Assembly: GCA_963768885.1 (NCBI GenBank)
Contig: CAVYJN010000014.1
Span: 129,997 to 193,996 of the forward strand
DNA: 64,000 nucleotides
Reading direction: 5' to 3'
Source: an uncultured Solirubrobacterales bacterium
GTDB taxonomy: Bacteria; Actinomycetota; Thermoleophilia; Solirubrobacterales; JBBDJG01
Numbering within the stretch: position 1 is the first letter of the stretch; every line of letters starts with the position of its first letter. Below are positions 29,735-40,087 of this stretch, piece after piece. The notes below the pieces were generated by a model. It was not told where the DNA came from. It searched no databases and was given only the letters and a program-made list of their open reading frames with translations. Position numbers and translations under genes: made by a program.

Positions 29735-30675
29735 ATGGCCGGCAGGGTTGCTGGCATCGCCGCGGGGCTCGTCGCCCTGTTCTCAATTTCCGTTCCCGCC
29801 GGCGCCGAGACCGGCGCGACCGGCGGCACCGGGGTCACGACCCCGCCGCCGGACCCGATCGCGCAGCCGAGCGCTCCCTCGAGCACGGGGGGAACCGGCA
29901 CCGCTGCCGTCCCGGCCGCCCCGCGGACCGTCCGCGCCCGTCCGGTCCTCACGATCTTCACGGCATCCTCCGCGGCCGCCGCCGACAGCGGCGCGGTCGT
30001 GCGCTTCCGCGTCCAGGACCGCGCGCGCAGCGTGCGGGTCCGGCTCGCCTTCATCAGCCTCGCGGATCGCACGACCTACCGCGTCAACCTCGGACGCCGG
30101 CGCACCGCGAAGACCCACAGCTATTCGTGGGCCCGCAAGGTCGCGGCGGGCTCCTACCGCGTGCGCATCACGGCGCGCAATCCGCGCGGCAGGAAGGCCG
30201 TGCGCAGCACGACCGTGCAGGTGAGCGCGGCGCCGCGCCGTGCCCGCGACCGCCGGCGACCCACCGCTTCCCCGTCGCCGGCGCGTACTCCTGGGGCGGC
30301 AGCGGCTCGCGCTTCGGCGCGGGGCGCACCGGCCACACGCACCAGGGCCAGGACCTCGCGGCCGCGGAGGGCACTCCGCTCGTGGCCGTGGCCACAGGGA
30401 CGATCACGTGGCGTGCCTACCAGGCCGGAGGCGCCGGCTACTACCTCGTGCTCGCGGCCGACGGCGAGCCGTACAACTATGTCTACATGCACCTTCAGCA
30501 GGGCAGCCTGCTGGTCTCCAAGGGTGACCGCGTGAGCGCCGGCCAGCGCATCGCGAACGTGGGCAACACCGGCGGCTCCGAAGGACCGCACCTGCACTTC
30601 GAGGTCTGGGACGGGCCCTGGTTCGCGGGCGGACACGCCGTCGACCCCTGGCCGTTCCTGAAGTCCTGGGAATAG
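29735..30675 (+). CDS. Secreted M23 family metallopeptidase (frameshift near 30240)
   Basis: AAGGAGG RBS; signal peptide; HQGQD, YMHL, GNTGGSEGPHLHFE. Confidence 0.85.
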
Positions 30676-30700
30676 GCCCTCGTCTACCATCCCCTTCTCG

Positions 30701-30773
30701 GGCGAGGTAGCTCAGTCGGTAGAGCACACGACTGAAAATCGTGGTGTCGCCGGTTCGATTCCGGCCCTCGCCA
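30701..30773 (+). tRNA. tRNA-Phe (GAA)
   Basis: GGCGAGG/CCTCGCC acceptor stem; anticodon loop CTGAAAA; GGTTCGATTCC T-arm; CCA not encoded. Confidence 0.96.
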
Positions 30774-30859
30774 TTCGGCCGCCAAGGCCACGGGAGCGGC
30801 TCGAAGATGAGAGCCGCGGGCACAATTCCGGCGACGCAACTACTATCCGGCCCCAGGAG

Positions 30860-31468
30860 ATGGCAAGTCGCGTCCCCGCAGAGCAGCACTCCGACGTCCA
30901 GCTGGCCGACCATCGGCGGGCGGACGCGGCCCGCAACGTCGCGCGCATCCAGGAGGCGGCGATCCGGCTCTGGTCGGAGAACCCGACCGCGGGCGTGGCC
31001 GAGGTCGCGACCGCGGCGGGAGTCGGCCGCGCGACGCTCTACCGCCATTTCCCGACGCGCGAGTCGCTGCTCGAGGCGATCCGCTCGCAGGGCCTCGCCG
31101 ACGGCGAGCGCGCCGCGGCGACCTGCCGCCTGGACGAGGGCACGGCCACCGACGCTCTCAGCCGCCTGCTCTGCGCATGGCTCGATCTGGGAGACCGGTA
31201 CCGCGTCGTGGTGGTCAACCCCTCCCGTCCCGACCAGGTCGAGGTCCGCGCGCGGGAGGAGCAGCTCGCGACGTCCATCCAGCGGGTGGTCGAGCGCGGC
31301 CAGGCCCGGGGCGAGTTCTCGACGGCGATCGCCCCGTACTGGGGGATGTCGGCCGTCGGCGCACTGCTCGTCGCGATGATCGTCGCGGTCGGGGAAGGAA
31401 GGATCCCGCGCGAGGACGCGCACGCCCTCCTGATCGAGACGGTCGCCGGCGCCCTGCGCCCGCGGTGA
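30860..31468 (+). CDS. TetR/AcrR family regulator
   Basis: RRADAARN...AEVATAAGVGRATLYRHFPTRE. Confidence 0.92.
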   Translation: MASRVPAEQHSDVQLADHRRADAARNVARIQEAAIRLWSENPTAGVAEVATAAGVGRATLYRHFPTRESLLEAIRSQGLADGERAAATCRLDEGTATDALSRLLCAWLDLGDRYRVVVVNPSRPDQVEVRAREEQLATSIQRVVERGQARGEFSTAIAPYWGMSAVGALLVAMIVAVGEGRIPREDAHALLIETVAGALRPR

Positions 31469-31499
31469 TCGCTCCGGCCGCGGGGGCCGTACTTCCAGC

Positions 31500-32855
31500 G
31501 TGCGGGCCGTCGTCCTCCTCTTCAATCGCGACCTCAGGGTCCACGACCATCCCGCGCTGAGCGCCGCGGCGCGCGGCGCCGAGCACGTCGTGCCGGCGTT
31601 CGTGTGGGACGAGGCGCTGCTGTCGTCGGGTTTCGCGGTCCCCAACCGGCTGCGCTTCCTCGTGGATTCGCTCACCGACCTCGACCGCGCGCTGCGCGCC
31701 CGCGGCGCGGGGCTGGTCACGCGCCGCGGCGACGTCGTGCGCGAGACGATCGCGCTGGCGCGCGAGGCCGGCGCGGAAGCGGTCTTCACCGGCGACGACG
31801 TGAGCGCCTACGCCCGCGCGCGCCGTGAGCGGCTCGCACGAGCATGCGCAGAGCAGCGCATCGAGCTGCGCACCTTCCCCGGCGTGACCGTCGTGCCCCC
31901 CGGCGACCTCGCGCCCGCCGGCGGTGGTGACCACTTCCGCGTCTTCACCCCTTTCTGGCGGCGCTGGCGCGAGGAGCCGCTGCGCGAGGTGCACGGCGCC
32001 CCGCGCAAGCTCTCGCTTCCGCCCGGCGTGGACCCCGGGACGCATCCCCGGCTGGGCGAGCTCACGCGAGGCGACGTCTCACCGGACCTCCCGCGGGGCG
32101 GAGAGGAAGCGGGCCGGCGACGACTCGCGGCGTGGATCCGCTCCGGCCTGGCGCGCTACGGCGAGCGCCACGACGACCTCGCCGGCGATGCGACCTCGCG
32201 ACTCAGCCCGTACCTGCGCTTCGGCTGCGTGTCACCGCGGGAGGTCGTCGAGCGCGTGCGCGACCGGCCCGGGGCGGAGCCGTTCGTGCGGCAGCTGTGC
32301 TGGCGCGACTTCTATCAGCATGTGAGCGCCGCCAACCCCGACCTGCCGCGTGCGGACTATCGCGACAGTGGGCGGCGGTGGCGCTCCGATGCGGACGCGC
32401 TCGCGGCGTGGAAGGAGGGACGCACCGGATACCCGCTCGTCGACGCGGGCATGCGCCAGCTGCGACTGGAGGGCTGGATGCACAACCGCGCGCGGCTCGT
32501 GACCGGCTCGTTCCTCACCAAGGACCTCGGCATCGACTGGCGCGAGGGAGCCGCGCACTTCTGGGAGCTGCTCGTCGACGGCGAGATCGCGAACAACGCG
32601 GGCAACTGGCAGTGGGTCGCCGGCACCGGCAGCGACACGCGCCCGAACCGCGTGCTGAACCCGACGCGACAGGCGCTGCGATTCGACCCGCGGGGCGAAT
32701 ACGTGCGCCGCTACGTGCCCGAGCTGGCCGGCGTGGAAGGCTCGGCCGTGCACGAGCCGTGGAAGCTCGACGTCTCCTACCCGCAGCCGATCGTGGACCA
32801 CGCGCAGGCCGCGGCGCGGTTCCGCGGCCGCCGCAAGCAGGCCGCGCTCTTCTAG
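31500..32855 (+). CDS. phrB: Deoxyribodipyrimidine photolyase (class I)
   Basis: RDLRVHDHPAL, TSRLSPYLRFG, TGYPLVDAGMRQL, MHNRAR, NAGNWQW. Confidence 0.93.
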   Translation: MRAVVLLFNRDLRVHDHPALSAAARGAEHVVPAFVWDEALLSSGFAVPNRLRFLVDSLTDLDRALRARGAGLVTRRGDVVRETIALAREAGAEAVFTGDDVSAYARARRERLARACAEQRIELRTFPGVTVVPPGDLAPAGGGDHFRVFTPFWRRWREEPLREVHGAPRKLSLPPGVDPGTHPRLGELTRGDVSPDLPRGGEEAGRRRLAAWIRSGLARYGERHDDLAGDATSRLSPYLRFGCVSPREVVERVRDRPGAEPFVRQLCWRDFYQHVSAANPDLPRADYRDSGRRWRSDADALAAWKEGRTGYPLVDAGMRQLRLEGWMHNRARLVTGSFLTKDLGIDWREGAAHFWELLVDGEIANNAGNWQWVAGTGSDTRPNRVLNPTRQALRFDPRGEYVRRYVPELAGVEGSAVHEPWKLDVSYPQPIVDHAQAAARFRGRRKQAALF

Positions 32856-33409
32856 GCGGCCTCGGGCGGGGGCGGAGGCTCGTCGCCGAACGCGATCAGC
32901 GCGATCGGCGGAGTCACGACGGCGCCGAGCAGGACCCCGAAGATCGCCTTGTAGAGCACGAACTGCCCTACGGGGACGTCGCCGTAGTCGAACAGCAGCA
33001 CGCCGACGGCCACGATCGGGCCGATCGCCAGCAGGCAGAGCGCCCCGATCCACGTCGCCCTGCGCAGCCGTGTCGCCGGCAGGCGCCCCGCGAAGGACCC
33101 CGCCGCGCGCGGCAGCCGTGTGAGGCGACCCTCGCGCATCTCCTTCCAGATCACGGTCGTGATCGCGAGCGTGGTGAGGAAGGGCAGCACGAAGCAGGTC
33201 GCAACCGAATCGACCAGCACCGAGGGCCCGCCGACGAGCGGCGCCGCCGCCAGTGCGATCTCGTCCTCGCCGAGCGTGAAGAGCCAGGCGATCAGCGCGT
33301 TCAGCACGGCGTTCGCGACAGCCGCGACCAGGAACGCGTCCCGCACCAGGAACCGCCTGTGGGCTGCCGTCAGCTCCCCGGGTCGGGCGCTGGCTCCCTC
33401 GGCCGTCAT
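32852..33409 (-). CDS. Hypothetical membrane protein (about 4 TM)
   Basis: Four hydrophobic segments; GC3-rich codon pattern. Confidence 0.7.
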   Translation of the reverse strand: MTAEGASARPGELTAAHRRFLVRDAFLVAAVANAVLNALIAWLFTLGEDEIALAAAPLVGGPSVLVDSVATCFVLPFLTTLAITTVIWKEMREGRLTRLPRAAGSFAGRLPATRLRRATWIGALCLLAIGPIVAVGVLLFDYGDVPVGQFVLYKAIFGVLLGAVVTPPIALIAFGDEPPPPPEAA

Positions 33410-33413
33410 GGCC

Positions 33414-34670
33414 CTACCCTAAGCGGCGCGCGACTCCCGGTGCAAGCGGTCGAGGTAGACGCCCGGCTCGACCCTGCGCGCGGAGCGCGGCCGCCGCCTC
33501 GGCGAGCTCCTCGAGATCGAGCTGCGACTCCGCCTCGAGGATCGCCGCGCGGGGCACCGCGGTGCGCTGCTTCGCCCCGGCGAACAGGGGGCAGGCGTCG
33601 TCCGCCGCGAGCTCGGAGAGCGAGAGGATCCCGAGCGACGCCGCCTTCGCCATCACCTCGCGCTTGTCCCACGCGAGCAGCGGGCGCAGCACGGGCAGCT
33701 CGGACGACTCGTCCACCGAGGTCATGTTGGGCAGCGTCTGCGACGAGACCTGGCCGAGCGAGTCGCCGGTGACGAGCGCCGCGGCGCCGACCAGCTCCGC
33801 GAGCGCGCAGCCGACGCGCGCCATCTGGCGCCGGTAGAGCACGATGCGGTGCGACTCGTGCGAGACCGCCGACAGCATGCGCTGCTGGTTGCCGAACGGC
33901 ACGACCCACAGCGCGCCCGGCCGCAGGGCCTGGAAGCCGTTCAGCACGCGCGCCTGCGCCTGCGCCTTGGTCGTCGCGAGCGGGTCGAGGTAGGGCTCGC
34001 CGCTGAAATGGAGGAACTCGACGGCGAGGCCGCGCTTCATCGCGAGCAGCGCCGCGACCGGGGAGTCGATGCCCCCGGACAGCAGCGTGACCGCCCGGCC
34101 GCTGGTCCCGACGGGCAGCCCGCCGGCGCCCTCGATCTCGCGCACGTGGACGAACGCGGCGTCGCGATCGAGCTCGACGCGCAGCTCGAGCCCGGGCCGG
34201 CCGAGGTTCACGGGGAGGTCGGTACGCGCCTGCAGCGCCGTGCCGATCTCACGCTCGAGCTGCTGCGAGGTGAGCGGGAAGGACTTGTCGCGCCGGCGCA
34301 CGCGGACGGCGAAGGTCTCGGGGCGCACGCGCGCGAACGCGATCATCGCGACGTCTGCGATCCGCTCCACGTCGCGCTCGCAGCGCAGGCAGACCGATGC
34401 CGTCGCGAAGCCGAACACGCGGTCGAGCCGCGACGCGACCTCGTCCGCCACGAGCTCGTCGGGGACGGGGATCACGAGCACCGAGCCGCCGCTCTCGACG
34501 CGCGCCTCGACGCCGGCGAGCGCCGCCTTCAGGTTGCGGCGCAGGGCGTCGAGGAACCGCCGCCGGTTGCGGCCCTTGAGCGACGCCTCCCCCACCTTCG
34601 CGAGCACGCAGACGGGGGCGTCGATCGTCGCGGGAGTCGCGATCGCGGGGCTTTGCAGGGGTTCCGGCAT
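33414..34670 (-). CDS. thiI: tRNA 4-thiouridine synthase ThiI (THUMP plus PP-loop, no rhodanese domain)
   Basis: GEASLKGRNR, GLPVGTSG, LLSGGIDSPVA, TGDSLGQVSSQT; the last ~20 codons are probably frameshifted. Confidence 0.9.
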   Translation of the reverse strand: MPEPLQSPAIATPATIDAPVCVLAKVGEASLKGRNRRRFLDALRRNLKAALAGVEARVESGGSVLVIPVPDELVADEVASRLDRVFGFATASVCLRCERDVERIADVAMIAFARVRPETFAVRVRRRDKSFPLTSQQLEREIGTALQARTDLPVNLGRPGLELRVELDRDAAFVHVREIEGAGGLPVGTSGRAVTLLSGGIDSPVAALLAMKRGLAVEFLHFSGEPYLDPLATTKAQAQARVLNGFQALRPGALWVVPFGNQQRMLSAVSHESHRIVLYRRQMARVGCALAELVGAAALVTGDSLGQVSSQTLPNMTSVDESSELPVLRPLLAWDKREVMAKAASLGILSLSELAADDACPLFAGAKQRTAVPRAAILEAESQLDLEELAEAAAALRAQGRAGRLPRPLAPGVARRLG

Positions 34671-34726
34671 GCGCCCTTTCTAGCACCGCTGTCAGAGCGC
34701 TGCCGTCCGCATCGACTCCTAATGTG

Positions 34727-35839
34727 ATGAGTGTCTTCGGACAGGGCAACGGCAAGCAAGCTCCTGGGGTTCCTCTGAACGAGTTTTCGGACAACCGTCT
34801 GTTCGAGGCGGGCGATCCTCCCGCCCCCAAATCGCTGTTCGTGCGCGACCTGCGCGAGGCGCAGGACGTGGACACCGTGTTCCTCGTGAAGGAGCGCGTG
34901 CTGGCGCGCAAGCGCAACGGCGAGGACTACCTGCGCCTGAAGCTCTGCGACTGCACCGGCACGCTCGACGGCGTCGCGTGGGAGGGCGCCCGCGAGCTCC
35001 ACGACGCCGCCGAGCCGGGCGGCGCGATCCGGGTCAGGGGGCGCTTCGAGGTGTCCGAGCGATACGGCGCCCAGCTCGTCGTGCGGTCCGCGTCCCCCGC
35101 CGAGGAGGGCCGCTACCGGCTCGCCGACCTGATGGATGCGCCACCGGCGAGCGCCGATCAGATGGAGGCCGACATGCGGCGGTTGATCGGGACCGTGCGC
35201 AACCCTCACCTGAGCCGGCTGCTCGACGCGCTCTTCGGCGAGGACGCGGAGGTGTGGAAGCGGTTCCGCAAGGCGCCGGCGGCGAAGTTCTACCACCAGG
35301 CATACGTGCACGGGCTGCTCGAGCACTCGCTGTCGGTGGGGCAGGCCGTGAGCGCGGTGTCGGGCTCGTTCCCGGGCGTGGACCGCGACGTCGCCGTGAC
35401 CGGCGCGCTGATCCACGACATCGGGAAGATCGAGGCATACAGCGACGACCCGTTCGCGATCGACCTCACCGACGAGGGCAAGCTGCTCGGGGAGATCCCG
35501 CTCGGCTACTACATCGTGCGACGTCAGATCGAGGGCATTCCGGGCTTCCCGCCCGACCTTGCCCGCGCCGTGCTCCACATCGTGCTCTCGCACCACGGCC
35601 TGCTCGAGAACGGCAGCCCGGTCGTGCCGTGCACGCGCGAGGCCACGGTCGTGCACGCGATCGACAACCTCGGGGGCAAGCTCGGCTCGTTCGACCGGCT
35701 CGAGAAGGGCCTCCAGGAGGGCGAGTCGTGGTCGCGGTTCGACCGCGCGCTGTCGGGGTCGGCGTGGTTCGCGCGCCCGGGCCTCGACGAGGCCGATCGG
35801 GAGCTCGAGCAGGCGCTCCCCGCCGCCTCGGGCGAATAG
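34727..35839 (+). CDS. OB-fold plus HD domain 3'-5' exoribonuclease (YhaM family)
   Basis: PAAKFYHQAYVHGLLEH, LIHDIGK, SHHG, HAIDN. Confidence 0.88.
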   Translation: MSVFGQGNGKQAPGVPLNEFSDNRLFEAGDPPAPKSLFVRDLREAQDVDTVFLVKERVLARKRNGEDYLRLKLCDCTGTLDGVAWEGARELHDAAEPGGAIRVRGRFEVSERYGAQLVVRSASPAEEGRYRLADLMDAPPASADQMEADMRRLIGTVRNPHLSRLLDALFGEDAEVWKRFRKAPAAKFYHQAYVHGLLEHSLSVGQAVSAVSGSFPGVDRDVAVTGALIHDIGKIEAYSDDPFAIDLTDEGKLLGEIPLGYYIVRRQIEGIPGFPPDLARAVLHIVLSHHGLLENGSPVVPCTREATVVHAIDNLGGKLGSFDRLEKGLQEGESWSRFDRALSGSAWFARPGLDEADRELEQALPAASGE

Positions 35840-35925
35840 CCGCCGGCGGGCGGCCCCTCGCGGCGCTCAAGCGCCCACTCGCAACGGCCGATGGATGGAC
35901 TGGAGTGGTTCGCCCTCGCCCCGGC

Positions 35926-37242
35926 ATGTCGAACGCGAGAGATCACAAGCTCGGCATCTTCCTGGTCGCCCTGCTGGCGGCCGCTTCAGTGCGGCTGGAC
36001 GACATCTGGTACCGCCGCCCGCTCGACGCGCAGCTGTGGCCCGACTGGCTGATCGGCGTGATCCTGGCGTTCTCGGCGAGCGTTGTCCTGATCGGCACGC
36101 ACCGGCTGCTCGAGTCCCGCGCCCAGGTCACCGAGCTCGCGCGCCGCACGAGCGGCCTCGCGGACGCGGCGTGGATCGTGAGCCGCGGAGGCGAGACCTC
36201 GGCGCTGCTCCGCCGCGTGGCCGAGCAGGCGTGCAGCATCCTGCACGTCGAGCGTGCGACCGTCTGCGTACGGGACCGCAACGACCCGCGGCTGTCGATC
36301 GTGATCGCCGGCCACGGCGTCCGCGGCGAGGTGATCGGCAAGCGCCTCGGCATCGACGAGGGGATCGTCGGACAGGTCTTCCTCACCGGCGAGCCCGTGA
36401 TCGTCGCCGACTACCACGACTTCCCGGAGAACTCCGAGCCCGGCCATGCGCCGACGCGCGCGGGCGGGTCCGCGCCGATCAAGTACGGCGGAGACGTGCG
36501 CGGCGCGATCTCGGTCGGCACGACCGACCCGGAGCGGGCGTTCGGGCACCCGGAGCTCGACTCCCTCAAGCGCCTCGCCGACCTCGGCTCGGTCGCGCTC
36601 GAGCAGGCCGAGATGCGCAAGCACCTCGCGCTCGCCGTCGGGTCCGGCGTCGAGGCCCTGACCGAGGCGCTCGACATGCGCGACCACTACACCTGGCAGC
36701 ACTCCCAGAACGTGATGGAGCTCGCGGGCAAGCTCGGCGAGCGGCTCGAGCTGGACGAGTCCGCGCTCGCGGAGCTCGCGTTCGCGGCGCGCCTGCACGA
36801 CGTGGGCAAGGTCGGCGTCCCCGACTCGGTCCTGCTGAAGGCCGGCCCGCTGAACGACGACGAGTGGGAGATCATGAAGCAGTACCCGTTGCGCGGCGCC
36901 GAGATGCTCGAGCGCGTGCCCGGGCTCGGCAACGTCGCGCAGCTCGTGCTCTCCGAGCACGAGCACTGGGACGGCTCCGGCTACCCGCAGGGGCTGAGGG
37001 GCGAGGAGATCCCGCTCGCCAGCCGCATCATCCTCGTGTGCGACGCATATGACGCGATGACGTCGGACCGCCCGTGGCGCGGGGCGCTCAAGCCGTGGGC
37101 CGCTGTGCGCGAGCTGCGCTCCGGCGCGGGCCGCGAGTACGACCCCCAGTGCGTCGTGCAGCTGATCGGCGTGCTGCGCGAGTCGCGCGCGTCGACGGCG
37201 TTCGCGACGCTGCTCGCCGGGCGTTTGCAGAAGAGCGCGTAG
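35926..37242 (+). CDS. Membrane GAF plus HD-GYP domain protein
   Basis: Two N-terminal TM, GAF domain, LHDVGK, DGSGYPQGL, DAYDAMTSDRP. Confidence 0.88.
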   Translation: MSNARDHKLGIFLVALLAAASVRLDDIWYRRPLDAQLWPDWLIGVILAFSASVVLIGTHRLLESRAQVTELARRTSGLADAAWIVSRGGETSALLRRVAEQACSILHVERATVCVRDRNDPRLSIVIAGHGVRGEVIGKRLGIDEGIVGQVFLTGEPVIVADYHDFPENSEPGHAPTRAGGSAPIKYGGDVRGAISVGTTDPERAFGHPELDSLKRLADLGSVALEQAEMRKHLALAVGSGVEALTEALDMRDHYTWQHSQNVMELAGKLGERLELDESALAELAFAARLHDVGKVGVPDSVLLKAGPLNDDEWEIMKQYPLRGAEMLERVPGLGNVAQLVLSEHEHWDGSGYPQGLRGEEIPLASRIILVCDAYDAMTSDRPWRGALKPWAAVRELRSGAGREYDPQCVVQLIGVLRESRASTAFATLLAGRLQKSA

Positions 37243-37326
37243 CGCGCCGGCGCCCCATCCAGCGCGAACGATGGCGAATCGCGTGCACCCCGCGCACGTG
37301 GAACGCCAAGGTTCGGCGGGACGGGG

Positions 37327-37796
37327 TTACTCGAGCGCACGGCCGATGAACAGCGTGCGTCCCGGGGGCTTGGGCTCGAGCGTGAAGCCGCAGCCCTCAT
37401 AGAGGGCGAGCGCGGCCGCGTTGTCCTCGTTCACGTCGAGCTCGATGCGCCGGCAGCCGCGCTCGCGCGCCCGCGTCGACCGCCCCCTCGACCAGCGCGC
37501 GGCCGAGGCCGCCACGGCGCGCCGCCTCCCGCACGTAGAGGTCCTCGAGCCACGCGTCGTGCGCCGTCTTCCAGACGCTCCAGCGGAAGCGGATCTGGCA
37601 GACGCCCGCGGATCGTCGCCCGCCGATCGGCGGCGCCGAGCAGGAACTCGCCGTCGCCGCCCTCCATCACGCGCCGCACGCTCGCCAGCATGTCGGCGTC
37701 CGACGGCCCGCTGTTGCCCCACCAGTCACGGAACTCGCACAGCAGCCGCGCGACCGTGGGTGCGTCGCCCAAGCCTGCGATCCGGGTCGTGGCCAT
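37327..37796 (-). CDS. GNAT family N-acetyltransferase (several frameshifts)
   Basis: Fragments WLEDLYV, ARERGCRRIELDVNEDNAAALALYE in shifting frames. Confidence 0.75.
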
Positions 37797-37936
37797 CGGA
37801 CCGCAGAGTACGACCACGGGCACGACGCGCGCGGCTCTTCGCGCAAATTCGGCCTTCGGAGCCCTTCCACCCCTGAAGGCAGTCGGGGTTGACTGTTTAT
37901 CCTGAGCCGAAGCGCCCGGAGGGGGAGAAAGCACGC

Positions 37937-40060
37937 ATGGCCAAAGACACGGAGAAGCTCATACGGCAGTTGTCCCTGATCTCGTTCCTGATGGCGGAGC
38001 GACGGCCGGTGTCCGCGCTCGAGATCAAGCAGGACGTCGAGGGCTACAGCGAGATGAACGACGACGCGTTCGCGCGGCGCTTCTACGCCGACCGCGCGGA
38101 GCTCGAGGCGCTCGGCATCAACCTGAAGGTCGAGAAGCCGCCGGAGGGCTACTTCGAGGCGGAGCTCTACACGCTCCCGCCCGAGAACTTCTACCTGCCG
38201 CCGATCGAGTTCTCCGACGGCGAGCTGGCCGCGCTCCAGACCTCCCTCGCGCTGCTCGACGGGCGCTTCGCGTATGCCGAGCCGCTGCGCCTCGCGCTCC
38301 AGCAGATCTCGTGGGGGCGCCCCAGCCCGCTCGGGTCGGGCAACCAGCGCCAGGTCGCCGTGGCCGTCACGGCCTCGGCCGGCGGGCGCGACCTCTCCGC
38401 GCGGCTGGCGAAGATCGAGACCGCGATCTCGCGCCGCAAGACCATCGAGTTCGAGTACTACACGATCGAGCGCGACGCCCAGTCCAAGCGCAAGGTCGAC
38501 CCCTACCACCTGGTCTACCAGGGAAGCCAGTTCTACCTCGTCGGCCACGCGCACGAACGCGACGCGATGCGGGTCTTCCGCCTTTCGCGCATCACCGACA
38601 AGGTGTCCTACGCGACCAAGGCCGAGCACGACTTCACGACTCCCGAGGACTTCGACCCGTGGGCCTACACGCGGCGCGCGGACTGGCAGCTGGGCGAGAC
38701 CGAGGCAACCGCGCAGGTGTGGATCTCCGAGCGGATCGCATGGCTCGTGGAGCGCGACTTCGGCACGCACGGCAGCTTCGAGCCGGTCACGCAGTCCGGC
38801 GACCAGTGGCGCGCCGGGTCGCGGCGGGTGCCCGGCCCCGGCGTGGTCTTCACGACGGACGTCGCGCAGCCGCGCCAGCTGGTCTCGTGGGTGCTGGGCC
38901 TCGGGGAGCACGCGCGGCTGCTCGAGCCCGCCGAGATGGTCGACGAGGCCGCGGAGCGGCTCTCGACGATCCTCGAGCGCCACGCGGACGCGCCCGACTT
39001 CGTGGCGGACCCGGTCTCCCGCCCGCAGGAGCCGGCCGTCAACGGCCACCACGCGGCGCAGGAGCGCAACGGGCACGGCGACACGCCGATCCGCCCGGAG
39101 CGCTTCGCGCGGCTGGTCGCGCTCGCCGGCATCCTGATCCGGTCCGCCCGCGACGAGGCGCGCCCGCGGATGAGCGAGGTGTGCGAACGCCTCCAGATCA
39201 CCGAGCAGGAGCTGCGCGAGGACCTCGACGTGCTGAACGTCGTCAACTTCGGCGGCGGGAGCTACGTGCTCTACGCGGAGATCCAGGGGGACGAGATCGA
39301 GGTCGACCCCGAGCCCTACAGCGACAACTTCGCCCGCCCGGCGCGGCTCCTGCCGCTCGAGGCCAAGGCGCTGATCGCGGCGCTCGACCTGCTCGGCGAC
39401 CACCTGCCGGAAGGCAGCCTCGCGTCGGCGCGTCAGAAGATAGTTGTCGCATTGGGAGAGGACCCATCGCACGAGGGCCTGCAGATCGCGCCGCCCGTCG
39501 GCGACGACGAGACGATGTCGCGCACGATCAACCGCGCGATCGTCGAGAAGCGCCTGCTCTCGATGGAGTACTACAAGGAGAACGAGGACGAGTTCAGCGA
39601 GCGCACGGTCGAGCCCTATGCGCTGATCAACGGGCGCGAGGGCTGGTACGTGTTCTGCTACGACCTCGACCGCGAGGACACGCGCCATTTCAGGCTCGAC
39701 CGCATCAAGCGCGCGAAGCTTTCCCGCAAGACCTTCGAGCCGCGGCCCGAGGTCGACCCGACGGCCGACCTCGAGGGCTGGCCGCGCACGGGGGCCGTCC
39801 CCGCCTCGCGCGTGGCGCGCGTTTGGATATCGCCCGAGCGCGCGCGCTGGGAGCGCGAGCGCCGCGCCGTGTCGGAGGAGCTCGCCGACGGAGCGCTGAT
39901 CGTAGAGCTGCCGTTCGCCGGGGTGGGATGGCTCGTGCGCGAGGTGATGAAGGAAGCCGGCGACGCGGCCGTGCTCGAGCCCGAGGACGCGCGAACGGCC
40001 GTGCACGAGGCCGCGAAGTCGCTCGCCGGCCGGCGGCGGCGGGCGAAGGCCGCGGCCTAG
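37937..40060 (+). CDS. pafBC: Fused PafBC-type tandem HTH-WYL-WCX transcriptional regulator
   Basis: Two modules: RRFYADRAELEALGI...VDPYHL..FYLVG..RVFRLSRI and LREDLDVL...VEPYAL..WYV..RHFRLDRI. Confidence 0.85.
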   Translation: MAKDTEKLIRQLSLISFLMAERRPVSALEIKQDVEGYSEMNDDAFARRFYADRAELEALGINLKVEKPPEGYFEAELYTLPPENFYLPPIEFSDGELAALQTSLALLDGRFAYAEPLRLALQQISWGRPSPLGSGNQRQVAVAVTASAGGRDLSARLAKIETAISRRKTIEFEYYTIERDAQSKRKVDPYHLVYQGSQFYLVGHAHERDAMRVFRLSRITDKVSYATKAEHDFTTPEDFDPWAYTRRADWQLGETEATAQVWISERIAWLVERDFGTHGSFEPVTQSGDQWRAGSRRVPGPGVVFTTDVAQPRQLVSWVLGLGEHARLLEPAEMVDEAAERLSTILERHADAPDFVADPVSRPQEPAVNGHHAAQERNGHGDTPIRPERFARLVALAGILIRSARDEARPRMSEVCERLQITEQELREDLDVLNVVNFGGGSYVLYAEIQGDEIEVDPEPYSDNFARPARLLPLEAKALIAALDLLGDHLPEGSLASARQKIVVALGEDPSHEGLQIAPPVGDDETMSRTINRAIVEKRLLSMEYYKENEDEFSERTVEPYALINGREGWYVFCYDLDREDTRHFRLDRIKRAKLSRKTFEPRPEVDPTADLEGWPRTGAVPASRVARVWISPERARWERERRAVSEELADGALIVELPFAGVGWLVREVMKEAGDAAVLEPEDARTAVHEAAKSLAGRRRRAKAAA

Positions 40061-40087
40061 CGAAGCTCACACCGCGCCGCACCCCGG

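Noticed and set aside
30701-30860. Integrative element at tRNA-Phe
   Set aside because: No integrase, no duplicated tRNA 3' end and no compositional shift seen downstream.
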